A DNA stretch of 50,840 nucleotides. Origin: a virus (lineage: Duplodnaviria > Caudoviricetes). The DNA lies in IMG/VR virus record IMGVR_UViG_3300031862_000007, positions 1-50,840 of that record. The stretch is one strand, 5' to 3'. The position numbers and the translations under genes were made by a program. Below, one piece after another: positions 19,415 to 29,542 of this stretch. How positions within the stretch are numbered: position 1 is the first letter of the stretch; every line of letters begins with the position of its first letter. The notes under the pieces are model-generated. The model made no database searches. It saw nothing but the letters and a program-made list of their open reading frames with translations, and was not told the DNA's origin.

Positions 19415-20407
19415 ATGGCTATCTATCAAGGAGATCAGGGAACACTCGGGGGTGGAACTTTCAAGCCCAAGCCGCCGCGGGATGTAGAATGTTTTAGTGA
19501 TACTGATTGCCCTACGGGTTATAAATGCAAAGCAGGCAAATGCGTAAAAATTGAAACACCGGCAGAAAAAACAATAGCTTGCATTGGAGGAATTTGTAAA
19601 GAGACTGATTACTCTACGCCCGAATTGATAGCCAGGTGTCGAGGAAAGAATGTCGGCGATAAATGTGGAATAACGGAAACGGGATGTAAAAATAGTGCAG
19701 AATGTCCCATTGGTTATGAATGTAAAAATGGTAAATGTGTGAAGATAACAGTTCCACCGCCTGAAGGGGGCGGGGGCGGGGGTTGTAAAGGAGGATACAA
19801 AAACACTTCCAATCTTCCTTGTCCCAAAGGGTATAAGACAACAGGCATAGGTGGAGAGCAATGGTGCTGCCCGGAAGAGCTTACGGCCGCAAGTGAGTTT
19901 AAGTGGAGCCCCGAAATTGAAGCTCTGATGAATAGAATCTTGGCGAAGGCCAATGAACTTTTAAACCAGCCTCGTGGGCTGTCCGATGAAGAGAGGCAGG
20001 CGATTTACAACCGTTCCTTTGAACAGATTAAGGGAATGGAGAGGCCAGCCATTCAATCACGTCTGGATGCGATCTCGAGAATAGGTATGCTTGGGAGCCC
20101 CTATGCTGAGAGGGAAGTCGAAGAAGTCCAGAGACAGACGCCGCAACTTCTTGCCACGACATCAAGAGACATAGCTATTGATGAGGCTAAACGTCGGTTC
20201 AGCGAACAGCAACAAGTCTATCAGACGGTCATGCAGATGTTAGGCCAGGGGATGGGCGGTGAACAGATTGTCGAAGCCTTAAATGCGGCAAGGAGAGGAG
20301 AGGGGACAAGCGCGCTTCAAATGATACTCCAATACTTCATGTCGTTATACGGGGGACAAAACAACGCATACTGGCAGGCCATTATAAACGCCCTCGCCGC
20401 TCAATAA
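19415..20407 (+). CDS. Putative ejection protein with Cys-rich repeats
   Basis: CFSDTDCPTGYKCKAGKCV and CKNSAECPIGYECKNGKCV repeats; helical Gln-rich C-terminus. Confidence 0.6.
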   Translation: MAIYQGDQGTLGGGTFKPKPPRDVECFSDTDCPTGYKCKAGKCVKIETPAEKTIACIGGICKETDYSTPELIARCRGKNVGDKCGITETGCKNSAECPIGYECKNGKCVKITVPPPEGGGGGGCKGGYKNTSNLPCPKGYKTTGIGGEQWCCPEELTAASEFKWSPEIEALMNRILAKANELLNQPRGLSDEERQAIYNRSFEQIKGMERPAIQSRLDAISRIGMLGSPYAEREVEEVQRQTPQLLATTSRDIAIDEAKRRFSEQQQVYQTVMQMLGQGMGGEQIVEALNAARRGEGTSALQMILQYFMSLYGGQNNAYWQAIINALAAQ

Positions 20408-20417
20408 GGAGGCTAAG

Positions 20418-21311
20418 ATGCCAGACTTCAGCAAATTTATCCCGTCCATAATGCCGTATATCGAGATGTATCTCAGGGGGGAGTTCACCAAAAGAGAGAT
20501 TATGGACCGGCTCAAGGCACAGCTTCAAGAATATGCGGCTTGGGGTGAGGAGCAGAGGAAGACAGGCAAGCAATCATTGCAGAACGAGATCATAAAGAAT
20601 CTCTACAATCCGGAATATTTCAAAGATAAGAATATGCCGGAGCTTGCTATTATGAATTATATCCAGAAGACAAATCCGCAACTTCTTGGTGAAACTCAAG
20701 TTCCGGCTGATATCGGACAGCAGTTGCAGGACGCAACAAACGCCCTGGCTCAAATCACAAAATTCAGAATGGCCGGGGAAGCGGTGCCGGATGAACTTCT
20801 CCAAAAGGTTTCGCAGTTTTTCGGGGAAAAGGCTCTTGGAGAAACAGCCCAGGATATCATCAAGCAGAAAGAAGGGGCAGCCGAAAGAGGGGTAAGGGGA
20901 AGGGAGATCGCAGTCCAAGAGGCTCTTGTCCCGATTAGGAAGGCAGAGGTAGGGCTAAGGGGAAAAGAGTTGGGGACGGAACTCGGCGAGATGACGGCGA
21001 AGGAGGCCAGGGTGAGACTTGCTCAGCTTGCAGAGGAGAGGAGAAAATATCAAGTTCAGTTAGCGGGGATCGACGAAAAATTTGAGCCTGAAAAATCAAA
21101 GGAGGCGAAATCGGTCCTCAGGGAGATCAAGGTTCAGGAGGATAAGATCAATTCCAAATTCTCAAAGGAATTCGATGCTGAATACAAGGCACTCGCAGAT
21201 GCAATCAAGGCAAAGGGCGCAACGATTAAGCATCTTGATACCGATGAGCAATTGAGATCTTATCTCATTGAGAACGGCTACAATATTGAGAAATTGAAAA
21301 AGTATTTCTAA
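20418..21311 (+). CDS. Putative ejection protein (helical)
   Basis: Coiled-coil composition; position between pilot and large ejection genes. Confidence 0.55.
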   Translation: MPDFSKFIPSIMPYIEMYLRGEFTKREIMDRLKAQLQEYAAWGEEQRKTGKQSLQNEIIKNLYNPEYFKDKNMPELAIMNYIQKTNPQLLGETQVPADIGQQLQDATNALAQITKFRMAGEAVPDELLQKVSQFFGEKALGETAQDIIKQKEGAAERGVRGREIAVQEALVPIRKAEVGLRGKELGTELGEMTAKEARVRLAQLAEERRKYQVQLAGIDEKFEPEKSKEAKSVLREIKVQEDKINSKFSKEFDAEYKALADAIKAKGATIKHLDTDEQLRSYLIENGYNIEKLKKYF

Positions 21312-24300
21312 TGAACGGCGAAAAATACGATTTTAGTTTTCTTGATGCCTGGAACCCCCAGGAACCAGCTCTTCCATCTGCGGCTGAAAAGCAGAAAGCT
21401 GGTCGGTTTGATTTTTCTTTTCTGGACAGCTGGACGCCTCAAAGAGTGGGGCCAGAAAGAAAACCGATAGAGCTAGAGAAAAAGCCGGGGCTTGGATTTG
21501 TCGTCGGCGAGACCCTCAAAGGAACGGGGCAGGATATAGTTCAGACTCTTAAAAATTTGCTAAAGCAAAGTGGACAATTTATGACTCATCAGGTTATGGG
21601 AATTCCTCAGCCGGAAGAAGAGGTGGCGAAATTTTATGCTCCTGTGCCAGCCAAAATTGAAGAAGCACCCAAAACGCCGCTGAGGGGAGTGCTCGAGGTG
21701 GGGAAAGGACTTGGAAAATTGGGCTATGAATATGGCTCATTTCCAGTAAAGGTTGCTATTAACCTTGCCAAACATCCAAGAGAGCAAATTGTCAATGATC
21801 CACTTGGAACTTTAATGTTTCTTAGTCTTGCCTTTGCACCAATTCGTGAAGCTTTAAAAGGGGAGCCGGGTCCGCCATTAACTACTGAAAGTTTGAACAA
21901 GGCTTTTGCTGAGGCAACGAAATTGGAACTTGAACCAAAATGGAAGATTACACCTGAAGTCATTACTCAGCAACTTGTGGATAGGTATAACACCGCACTC
22001 GGCGAATTCATGAAAACAAAAGAACTCCCTCAGGCCGCTACCCCAGAGCCGAGATTTTTAGCCACCGAGAAAGGAACCGTCATTCCAGCAGAGATGCCCG
22101 AGAGGGTTTCCATCCTGGCCCGATATAAGGAGGCAGAGGGTGTCAAACCCGGGATGGAGATCAATATCAAGCAGGAGGCTGATGGCTCTTTGACCGTAAG
22201 GACGGCAGGTCAAAAAGAAATCACGCCCGCCGCAGGAGCTGAGTATCCCTATGGCTTTAACGCAAAGGGGGAGAAGACGGTCAGGGAAATCTATGGGGCG
22301 ATGCAGAACTTCAAGGCTTTGACTGAGGATGGATGGCAAATTGATTATAATCCCGAGACACGAATCGCCAAGATCGTAGGAAAGACGGAGCCGATGAAGG
22401 GGACGGTCACTCAGGAAGGGAAGGTCATCTGGACGCCAGAAGTCAAACCGCCGATTGAACCTGTAAAAATGATAGAAACGCCAGCGCTTCAAGCGGAGAA
22501 ACCGGCGGGAATTGCCGCCAGGGTAGAAGTAGGAAAACCGGTAGTTCCGACCGTGACTCAGCCAAAGGTTAGAAAAGCACCAGTCTTCACAGATCCGCTT
22601 CTGCAAACGATCAATGAAATGGGGGGGATAAAACCCAATCCCGATTATCCCGCAGGAGAGCTTAGGAGATTGGTCCCGCCTTCGCTCATCAAGTCCAAGG
22701 GTATGCCGATGGATGAGCTGGCGACGGAACTCAATTCAAAGGGATATAACTTTTTGAATGACGGCGAGCTCTATGACCGACTCGCCGGGAAGAAAGCAAG
22801 AAAAGGCGAGATGACTAAGGAAGAGTGGCGGGCGACAAAAGAAGAAAAAACGCAAGCAGAAATAGAAAAGGCGGGGGAAGAGGGAAAAGTCCTTTATAGG
22901 CGTCCGCCACCGCCCACAGAAAGGCCTCCAACTGCCGTTAAACCCATTGTGACTGCGCCAGAACGAGAGATTAAGGGGGAGGCCCCTACCCCCCTACGCA
23001 CTCCCGAAACAAAACCTGAAATAGGGCCAAAAATAGTGGAAAAAGTAGAGCCGACTGAAATTCAATTCAATAAGTCTGAAAGGGTATCTCAAAGAAACAA
23101 TGAGTTGGTATCCGTAGATGTCGCCAAAATGGATGCCGCCTGGCAGAAGGACGAGAGTTTTTATATTAAACCTGGTGAAGAGGCAATCCCTGGACGCAGG
23201 GGCCAATTTGAAGAATTCGTAAGGACAGGACAACCTATAGAGGCCCCGAATGTCAGTATCGGGACTAAGGGGCAAATATCGTTTGGAGACGGTCGGCATC
23301 GGTTTGCCGTTCTTCGTGATATGGGAGCCAAAGAAGTTAAGGTTAGCGTTCCAAGAAATCAAGCCCAAGATTTTATTGATAGATTTTCGCCTGAGGCAAC
23401 GGCGAAGGTTGTTTCAAAAAGGGTCGAACCAAAAATAGAGCCAGCCAAGGCCGATGAAATTGAAAGGGGGATTGAAGATGCGATTTTGAACCGCAAGGAG
23501 TTTACGCCGGAGCAGAAGGCTTATCTTGAAGAACGGCAGGCTTATAAAAAGTATGAATTCGAGGAAAAGCCGCCTGAGGTTGAGGAAGAGATCGCCCCCG
23601 AAGTGGCCGCCCCACGAGAACGGCTTGTCAAAGTTACAATCAAAACTCCATCCGGGGATTTTGTCCAGGAGACGATGGAATCGTCAATCCCTAAAATCCA
23701 GAATTATGCCAGAAAGTTAAAGGTCGAGGATAAGATCAAGGTAGGAGAACCCTATATAGGGAAATGGAAAGATTATCTTCCACCTTCTCAAATCGAGACC
23801 TTCCTTCAAGAAGTGATGCGCGATGTTAAGACGCTCTCGCCGGACAAGTGGGAAAAGTTTGCCGGTTATCCATTCCTTCCCGAAGTCAAGCGTGTTTTCA
23901 AGGACCTGAAGTCAAAGCAGACGATCAAGCGACTTGTGACCAGGGAAGAGATCAAGAATGAGCTTAATAAAACGCCCGAGGGAAAAGTCGAGTGGATGTA
24001 TCTCGAGACTGAACGCCAACTCAAGGAGAAGATGAAGCCGACCTGGAAGAAGGCACTTGAGACGGCTAAGCGTGCCACTATAGACACAAGCGGAAATCTT
24101 AAAACCAAGCTTTTAAAGGAATTAGGGGATGAAGGACGAAATGCGGTTATCCAGCATGATCTTGTTGCGGGAACTTCGGCCAAGGCTGAGCGGCTTTTTG
24201 AAAGAGCAGAAAAAGAAATCTATGGCGGCCTGAGCAAAGAAGAAGAGGGACTTCTCAATAGAGCCATTCAATCAAGGCGGACCATCGCCATCAGCAAATA

Positions 24301-26563
24301 TAAGCCAGAAGTCAAGCATCCGATGGGGCTCACGGGCGAGGAGCATGCGGCCTTTCTTGAAAAGATTCCTGCGAAAATCCAAGGCAAGGCAGACCTCTAT
24401 TTTGCCGAAATGAGAAAGGCACTCGATAGGCTTCACGATGAAGGGCTTTTGACCGAAGAGGCATACAAGGACTTAGCCAGCAAGGGAGATTATTCGCCCC
24501 GAAGATTCATCCAATACATTGACCCCGAGAATACCTATACCGTAGGTGGAAGAACGATCACGGTTCCCGACAGCGGCATCAAGGCTCTGGACGAAGGGAG
24601 TTTGCGAGTCATGGAGATTGACTCCCGCAATCTTCTCTCCAATGTGATCTCAAGGACAGAGGGAAGAATTTTCAGAAACAATGCCAATAAAGCGCTCTAT
24701 GAGCTGGCCGACAAAATCCCAGGGAATGGAATCGTGGAGAAGGCCGAGGTCTATAAGGTCACAAAAACTGGAAGGCCAAAGTATGAAACTGCCAAAGGCG
24801 GATACACGAAACTCAAGGCCGTCATTGACGGCCAGACAAAAGACATGATCATGCCGGATGAGTTTGCCAAGGAGTGGATAACCCGAGATCCTCTTGTCAA
24901 TCAGACAATGGCGAACATCATCGGCTGGCTCTCCATGAGCAAGCCTTTAAAAGCTTTTGCAACCGGAATAAACCCAGGATTCGCCATCGGCAATATGCCC
25001 CGTGACATCGCACATATCTGGATAACCACGAATGAATACTCAAGTTTCCTGCCAAAATACGGGGCTCAGATGATGCACGATTTAGGGACTGTAGCAAAGG
25101 ACGCTATCACAAGAGGAAAGAGGTGGCAGGATTATATTGACGAAGGCGGGGGGATGAATTTCCTTACCTATCAGGGAAGGCCATTCCATACTTCGATTAA
25201 AGGAATAAAGGGATTGCAGAAGGTTCTTGGTTGGGTAGGGGAGACATCTGAAGTCTGGTCAAGACTTGCCCTAAGGGAACGTGCTTTAAGGAATGGGAAG
25301 TCACCGACTGAGGCAACATGGACCGCTCGGAATTACCTTGATTTTAACCAAGGTGGAAATGTCATCAAGGCTTTTGATACAGGAATTCCCTACCTCAACG
25401 CTTCCGTCCAGGCGACACGAGGGTTATTCCGGGCCGTTGCCGACAGACCAGGTCAGACAATCTGGAAGCTCGGGCAAATCGGGACCCTGGCGAGCGGCCT
25501 TTACCTTGCCAACCGTCTCGGAAATAAAAAGTGCTGGGAAGCCGTGCCGGACAGGGAAAAGATCAATAATTTCATCATCACGACACCCTGGAGTGTTAAG
25601 GATAAAAACGGGAACGAAAGGCATTTTTACTTCAAGATTGCCAAAGACCAGACTCAGAGAATCTTTTGCTCAATTTTTGAGAACTTGATGGCGAAGGCTA
25701 TTGGCGAGAAAGTCAATGGTGATCAGATCGCTGGGGCCGTCTCCGATTTTATCCCCATTGTGCCGGAGCAGAATATCCCACCGACGATTGACGCTTTTCT
25801 CGGCTACATGAAAAACAAAGACTTCTGGAAAAATGAAGATATCTGGAAGGGACCGAAGGTCACGCCGAGGGAAGAATACACGGTCTATACAGACCCCGCC
25901 ATGAAGAAACTCGGCCAATTGACGGGGCTTTCTCCAGAGAGAACGGAGTATGCCTTGAGTCAGATTTTTACTCGAGGAAATATTTATACGGCTCTTGTGA
26001 GTGGTGGCTTAAACGCAATTCTCGGAGGTCAGTCGGAGGCTGACAAAAGAAAATTAACGATGGAGTTTATAACCAAGGCCGTGCCGGACATCAAGAGGGT
26101 TTTCAATATTACTCCGCCTTATTCTCAGACAGAGATAAAGCAGGCCAAGGAAGTGGCAACCGAAGAATCGACAAGAAAGTTCAAACAGGAACGCGAGCTT
26201 AATGAGATGGCTTCCCAATATTACCGCAAACTTTATGATGAGAAAACACGAGATGAAAAGCTGCTCGGCGAGATCAGGGCTTTTATTCGCCAGCAGCCAG
26301 CCGAAGACAAGGATAGGATGATCAGGTGGTTCAATAATTATGGAAAGGTTTATGACATTCCCGATCGTTCCTGGTGGTTGACGATTGCGGGGATGCCGCC
26401 CGAAACAAGGGCGACGGTTTTCTGGAATAAATATGTCGAGTCAAGCGAGGAAGAAAGGCAGGAGCTTTTGAAGCTGGCTCGAAAAGTGCCGGAGATCATG
26501 TCAGACAGATTCAAGAGGCGATTAAATTTATTGATGTCAAAGTGGGAAAATGAGAACAAATAG
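21311..26563 (+). CDS. Large polyvalent / DNA-ejection protein with ParB-like and LPD38-like domains
   Basis: 1750 aa; GDGRHRFAVL ParB-like motif; C-terminal FYFKIAK...NKDFW...GLSPERTEY resembling LPD38. Confidence 0.7.
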   Translation: MNGEKYDFSFLDAWNPQEPALPSAAEKQKAGRFDFSFLDSWTPQRVGPERKPIELEKKPGLGFVVGETLKGTGQDIVQTLKNLLKQSGQFMTHQVMGIPQPEEEVAKFYAPVPAKIEEAPKTPLRGVLEVGKGLGKLGYEYGSFPVKVAINLAKHPREQIVNDPLGTLMFLSLAFAPIREALKGEPGPPLTTESLNKAFAEATKLELEPKWKITPEVITQQLVDRYNTALGEFMKTKELPQAATPEPRFLATEKGTVIPAEMPERVSILARYKEAEGVKPGMEINIKQEADGSLTVRTAGQKEITPAAGAEYPYGFNAKGEKTVREIYGAMQNFKALTEDGWQIDYNPETRIAKIVGKTEPMKGTVTQEGKVIWTPEVKPPIEPVKMIETPALQAEKPAGIAARVEVGKPVVPTVTQPKVRKAPVFTDPLLQTINEMGGIKPNPDYPAGELRRLVPPSLIKSKGMPMDELATELNSKGYNFLNDGELYDRLAGKKARKGEMTKEEWRATKEEKTQAEIEKAGEEGKVLYRRPPPPTERPPTAVKPIVTAPEREIKGEAPTPLRTPETKPEIGPKIVEKVEPTEIQFNKSERVSQRNNELVSVDVAKMDAAWQKDESFYIKPGEEAIPGRRGQFEEFVRTGQPIEAPNVSIGTKGQISFGDGRHRFAVLRDMGAKEVKVSVPRNQAQDFIDRFSPEATAKVVSKRVEPKIEPAKADEIERGIEDAILNRKEFTPEQKAYLEERQAYKKYEFEEKPPEVEEEIAPEVAAPRERLVKVTIKTPSGDFVQETMESSIPKIQNYARKLKVEDKIKVGEPYIGKWKDYLPPSQIETFLQEVMRDVKTLSPDKWEKFAGYPFLPEVKRVFKDLKSKQTIKRLVTREEIKNELNKTPEGKVEWMYLETERQLKEKMKPTWKKALETAKRATIDTSGNLKTKLLKELGDEGRNAVIQHDLVAGTSAKAERLFERAEKEIYGGLSKEEEGLLNRAIQSRRTIAISKYKPEVKHPMGLTGEEHAAFLEKIPAKIQGKADLYFAEMRKALDRLHDEGLLTEEAYKDLASKGDYSPRRFIQYIDPENTYTVGGRTITVPDSGIKALDEGSLRVMEIDSRNLLSNVISRTEGRIFRNNANKALYELADKIPGNGIVEKAEVYKVTKTGRPKYETAKGGYTKLKAVIDGQTKDMIMPDEFAKEWITRDPLVNQTMANIIGWLSMSKPLKAFATGINPGFAIGNMPRDIAHIWITTNEYSSFLPKYGAQMMHDLGTVAKDAITRGKRWQDYIDEGGGMNFLTYQGRPFHTSIKGIKGLQKVLGWVGETSEVWSRLALRERALRNGKSPTEATWTARNYLDFNQGGNVIKAFDTGIPYLNASVQATRGLFRAVADRPGQTIWKLGQIGTLASGLYLANRLGNKKCWEAVPDREKINNFIITTPWSVKDKNGNERHFYFKIAKDQTQRIFCSIFENLMAKAIGEKVNGDQIAGAVSDFIPIVPEQNIPPTIDAFLGYMKNKDFWKNEDIWKGPKVTPREEYTVYTDPAMKKLGQLTGLSPERTEYALSQIFTRGNIYTALVSGGLNAILGGQSEADKRKLTMEFITKAVPDIKRVFNITPPYSQTEIKQAKEVATEESTRKFKQERELNEMASQYYRKLYDEKTRDEKLLGEIRAFIRQQPAEDKDRMIRWFNNYGKVYDIPDRSWWLTIAGMPPETRATVFWNKYVESSEEERQELLKLARKVPEIMSDRFKRRLNLLMSKWENENK

Positions 26564-27134
26564 GTTTTATCGAATCTACGCAGATCCGGGACATGGAGGC
26601 AACGACTGGGGGGCCATAGGCCCGGATGGAATAAAGGAAAAAGACATCGTGCTTCAAATAGGCCAGCTTTTCAAAAGAGTGGTCGTCCAGGGCGATTATC
26701 TCTATTGGCCTTATTTGACAAGATTCAGCGATAGATACCTCACGCTGGCAGCTCGATGCAAGCTTGCCAACGATAGAAAGGTAGACCTTTTCGTGAGCCT
26801 TCACTGCAACAGCGTTGCCAACCCGGAGCCGGAGGGAGTCGAGGTCTGGTTTAAGAAAAAGTCGGAGTCTTCAAAGTCGCTTGCAGCGGAACTCTATTTG
26901 AGTTTGCTTTCTTCGATGCCGGGGATCAACGGTCGTGGAGTTAAGTCGTCCGACATGGCTCCACATGGCAGCCTCTATGTTCTTGAGAATGTAACAATGC
27001 CGGCGGCCCTCATAGAGTTTGAATTTTTATCTAACCCAAAAGAATTCATAGGGGATATCGAAGATCAAAGGCGTGTCGTGAAGGGACTCGCCGAGACGGT
27101 CGAGGAGTTTCTTGAGTCGGGAGAACATGAATGA
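26550..27134 (+). CDS. N-acetylmuramoyl-L-alanine amidase (Amidase_3) endolysin
   Basis: DPGHGG..GAIG..EKD, FVSLHCN, LYVL..MPAALIEFEFLSN motifs. Confidence 0.92.
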   Translation: MRTNRFYRIYADPGHGGNDWGAIGPDGIKEKDIVLQIGQLFKRVVVQGDYLYWPYLTRFSDRYLTLAARCKLANDRKVDLFVSLHCNSVANPEPEGVEVWFKKKSESSKSLAAELYLSLLSSMPGINGRGVKSSDMAPHGSLYVLENVTMPAALIEFEFLSNPKEFIGDIEDQRRVVKGLAETVEEFLESGEHE

Positions 27135-27289
27135 AAGATTTTTTGAAGGCCCTAGGAGTGGCTATCACTTTAGGGGCGACTATCTATAGGGCCATAAAAA
27201 AGGCGAAGGACAAACATGAAAAAGAAGACATTTACAAGGCTATTGCTGACCGTGATCTTAATAAGCTCCGTGAGCTTATTTTTAAGTAG
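27131..27289 (+). CDS. Small TM protein (52 aa, absent from the ORF track), i-spanin-like
   Basis: MKDFLKALGVAITLGATIYRAIKKAKDK...; ATG overlaps the amidase stop; overlaps a lipoprotein gene in another frame. Confidence 0.55.
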   Translation: MKDFLKALGVAITLGATIYRAIKKAKDKHEKEDIYKAIADRDLNKLRELIFK

Positions 27290-27455
27290 CTGTGGTCAGA
27301 AAAGAATAGTCTTCATCGATTCGACGGAAGACATCCTGGGGTTTGTTGAGGATGGCAAGATTATTTCAACGACGGTGATAAAGGACGGTGTAATCGTGAC
27401 GCGGGGATTCATAGTGAAATTTCGAGAAATGAAGAAGGCACTGGAGGAGAAATAA
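27216..27455 (+). CDS. Lipoprotein, o-spanin-like
   Basis: Lipobox LSSC; overlaps the preceding TM gene in the lysis cassette. Confidence 0.6.
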   Translation: MKKKTFTRLLLTVILISSVSLFLSSCGQKRIVFIDSTEDILGFVEDGKIISTTVIKDGVIVTRGFIVKFREMKKALEEK

Positions 27456-27496
27456 TGATTCATCTTATCGATGGAGAAGAGGAACAAAGAGCATAG

Positions 27497-27931
27497 ATGA
27501 AACAGTATCTCGCCGAGATGAAGTGGTCGCTTCTTTTTGTGTTGGTCCTTTTCATTTTGGCAGGTCTTTTTATTTACAATGCCACCAGCCAAACGACCTA
27601 TGTCGGGAAATTCAATATTTTTCATCTTGTTTTCAGGGAGGCCATCGAGACTGTTTTCATAGAATTTGACGATGGAGATTGCTTCTGCCTGACCACGAAC
27701 GAAGGCTATAGGGTCAGCGGCGACCCGGCAAGAATCGCTGATTATCTCGTGCGTGAACAGGGAAAGCAGCTCTCGCACATTATCCGAATAACTCATAACC
27801 ACTTTAGCGGGGAAGGTTTTACTTGGGCAGATAAAAACACGTACTTTTATTTCAAAAACCGCGGATTCAACGGCAAATTCCAAATTTATTATACGGCGAT
27901 GGGAAAAACGAAGACATTGGGAGAGGAGTGA
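27497..27931 (+). CDS. Membrane-anchored or exported JAB/MPN-like protein
   Basis: N-terminal TM; upstream Glu plus THNHFSGEGFTWAD (HxH..T..D). Confidence 0.5.
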   Translation: MKQYLAEMKWSLLFVLVLFILAGLFIYNATSQTTYVGKFNIFHLVFREAIETVFIEFDDGDCFCLTTNEGYRVSGDPARIADYLVREQGKQLSHIIRITHNHFSGEGFTWADKNTYFYFKNRGFNGKFQIYYTAMGKTKTLGEE

Positions 27932-28149
27932 AAATGAATAACCTTAACACCCTTGGTCTATTGGCTCTTGCCCTTCTTATCCTGATCAAAGATGTCGTTG
28001 TCCCGTTGCTAAAAAGAATGAATCACAATAGAGCAAACCCTATAAGCCTCGACTGCCTGTACCAAGAATTCAAAGACTTCAAAGAGACTCAGGAAAAGTG
28101 GAATGAGAAAGTAGAAAAAAGAATAGAGAAGATTGAGGAAAAATCATGA
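27928..28149 (+). CDS. Holin/antiholin-like TM plus coiled-coil protein
   Basis: Single N-terminal TM, charged tail, in the lysis region. Confidence 0.5.
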   Translation: MKMNNLNTLGLLALALLILIKDVVVPLLKRMNHNRANPISLDCLYQEFKDFKETQEKWNEKVEKRIEKIEEKS

Positions 28150-28430
28150 AGTGGGTTCTGGCTGTAATAGCCTGCGAAGGCCTCACCGAGCTTCTTGTCA
28201 ACGCAGAGATTCTTGATAGTCCTCGAAATTTCTTGTCTAAAGTAAAGTTTCTCAAGGCGTTGTTAGAGTGCGGCTATTGCGCTTCTGTGTGGGCCGCCCT
28301 GTTTGTTTTTGGCATCCTACTTTTGAAGGCTGAGATTGTGTTGGTTCCAATCGCCATTCATCGCCTCTCAAATTATCTTCACGATTTATATAAATTCATC
28401 AAAAACAGAAAACGAAAAATGGAGGTTTAA
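28146..28430 (+). CDS. DUF1360-like membrane protein
   Basis: LLECGYCASVW motif followed by TM segments. Confidence 0.6.
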   Translation: MKWVLAVIACEGLTELLVNAEILDSPRNFLSKVKFLKALLECGYCASVWAALFVFGILLLKAEIVLVPIAIHRLSNYLHDLYKFIKNRKRKMEV

Positions 28431-28619
28431 ATGCCATACACAAAAATCACAAGAGAAGGAAAAAAATTCTGCTACAAAAACAAGGAGACGGGTCAAAAGA
28501 TATGCTCAGATTCGGAGCATGACGCCATCGCCAGCATGAGGGCCAGATACGCAGCAGAACATGGAACAGAGATGACAGGGAAAAAGGGAAAGCCCTTTAG
28601 GGTGAGACACGGAAAATAG
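28431..28619 (+). CDS. Small basic hypothetical protein
   Basis: GGAGG RBS; last gene of the + operon. Confidence 0.65.
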   Translation: MPYTKITREGKKFCYKNKETGQKICSDSEHDAIASMRARYAAEHGTEMTGKKGKPFRVRHGK

Positions 28620-28833
28620 AATTTGTTTCATTTTTCAATTCTTGCCTAATCTTCTTGTAATCTATTCCCAAAAACTTGCAGATAAATATGAAGCCAAAAA
28701 TATAGTTTAGCGATTCTTTATCATTATTGAAAAAATAATATTCAGCTTCCCTAAACAATCTCTTTGCGTTTTTCTTGTTGCTTCTGCGAAAAGTCCTATA
28801 GTCTTTGAGTGCAGTCAAGACAACTTCTACCAT
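28597..28833 (-). CDS. Hypothetical phage protein (may start further upstream)
   Basis: A.YFF...F.FIC..LGID pattern common in phage late-regulator-like proteins. Confidence 0.55.
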   Translation of the reverse strand: MVEVVLTALKDYRTFRRSNKKNAKRLFREAEYYFFNNDKESLNYIFGFIFICKFLGIDYKKIRQELKNETNSIFRVSP

Positions 28834-28896
28834 ATAAACGCCGATTTCGTTTCTAGACGTAAATAAAAATCTCCAGCCTGTGATTCTTTCTTTTCT

Positions 28897-29202
28897 TTAC
28901 GTGTAATACTCTTTTACCCAACCGCGTCGATCTTTCCAAATCCACAATTCCTTCCGGCAACTCGGCGGCATTTTCAAAGCGCGAATCCTGTCGCGCATTT
29001 CGTTGTCGCACCGGTTTGACTTAACCTGAACGAATAAAAGGTGACTTCCATCGGGGGCCAGGCCGAGAACATCGAATAGACCAAAAAGGTCGATGTTCAA
29101 AAACTTGTGACGGATGGTCTTCCAGGTTATATAGCCCTGTGCCTTGAGTTCATCTTCACAGAGCTTTTCTTTACGATAACCCTTTGTGATTTTTTTAATC
29201 AT
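28897..29202 (-). CDS. Holliday junction resolvase-like PD-(D/E)xK nuclease
   Basis: E..LKAQGY, DLFGLFDVL, FVQVKS. Confidence 0.75.
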   Translation of the reverse strand: MIKKITKGYRKEKLCEDELKAQGYITWKTIRHKFLNIDLFGLFDVLGLAPDGSHLLFVQVKSNRCDNEMRDRIRALKMPPSCRKELWIWKDRRGWVKEYYT

Positions 29203-29350
29203 TCTCGCTTGGCCTCCCTATCAAAACATCGTTCTTTCTCGAAAATCTCATCCTGCCTGTCGCTCCAATCCGCAGCGGCACAGATGGCAGCCGTGAAAAA
29301 ACCGAGAACGAAACCGATAAAGACAAGCGCAAATGCGGCGAGATATATCA

Positions 29351-29542
29351 TTATTCCTCCTTTGACGGCCTTCCAATGAGTATGTCTTTTGTGGATTCGG
29401 CCTGCACCACGACCGCCTTCTTCTTTGCCTCCCGATCAATGTTCTGAGAGACATCGTCCACGGTGAGAACCCACCACAGAAAAAGGAAAATCAGAAAGCC
29501 GAGAATGGAGAGGAGCCGGCGGAAGAAAGTGTCAGGTTTCAT
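29351..29542 (-). CDS. Small membrane protein
   Basis: Single TM helix. Confidence 0.55.
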   Translation of the reverse strand: MKPDTFFRRLLSILGFLIFLFLWWVLTVDDVSQNIDREAKKKAVVVQAESTKDILIGRPSKEE

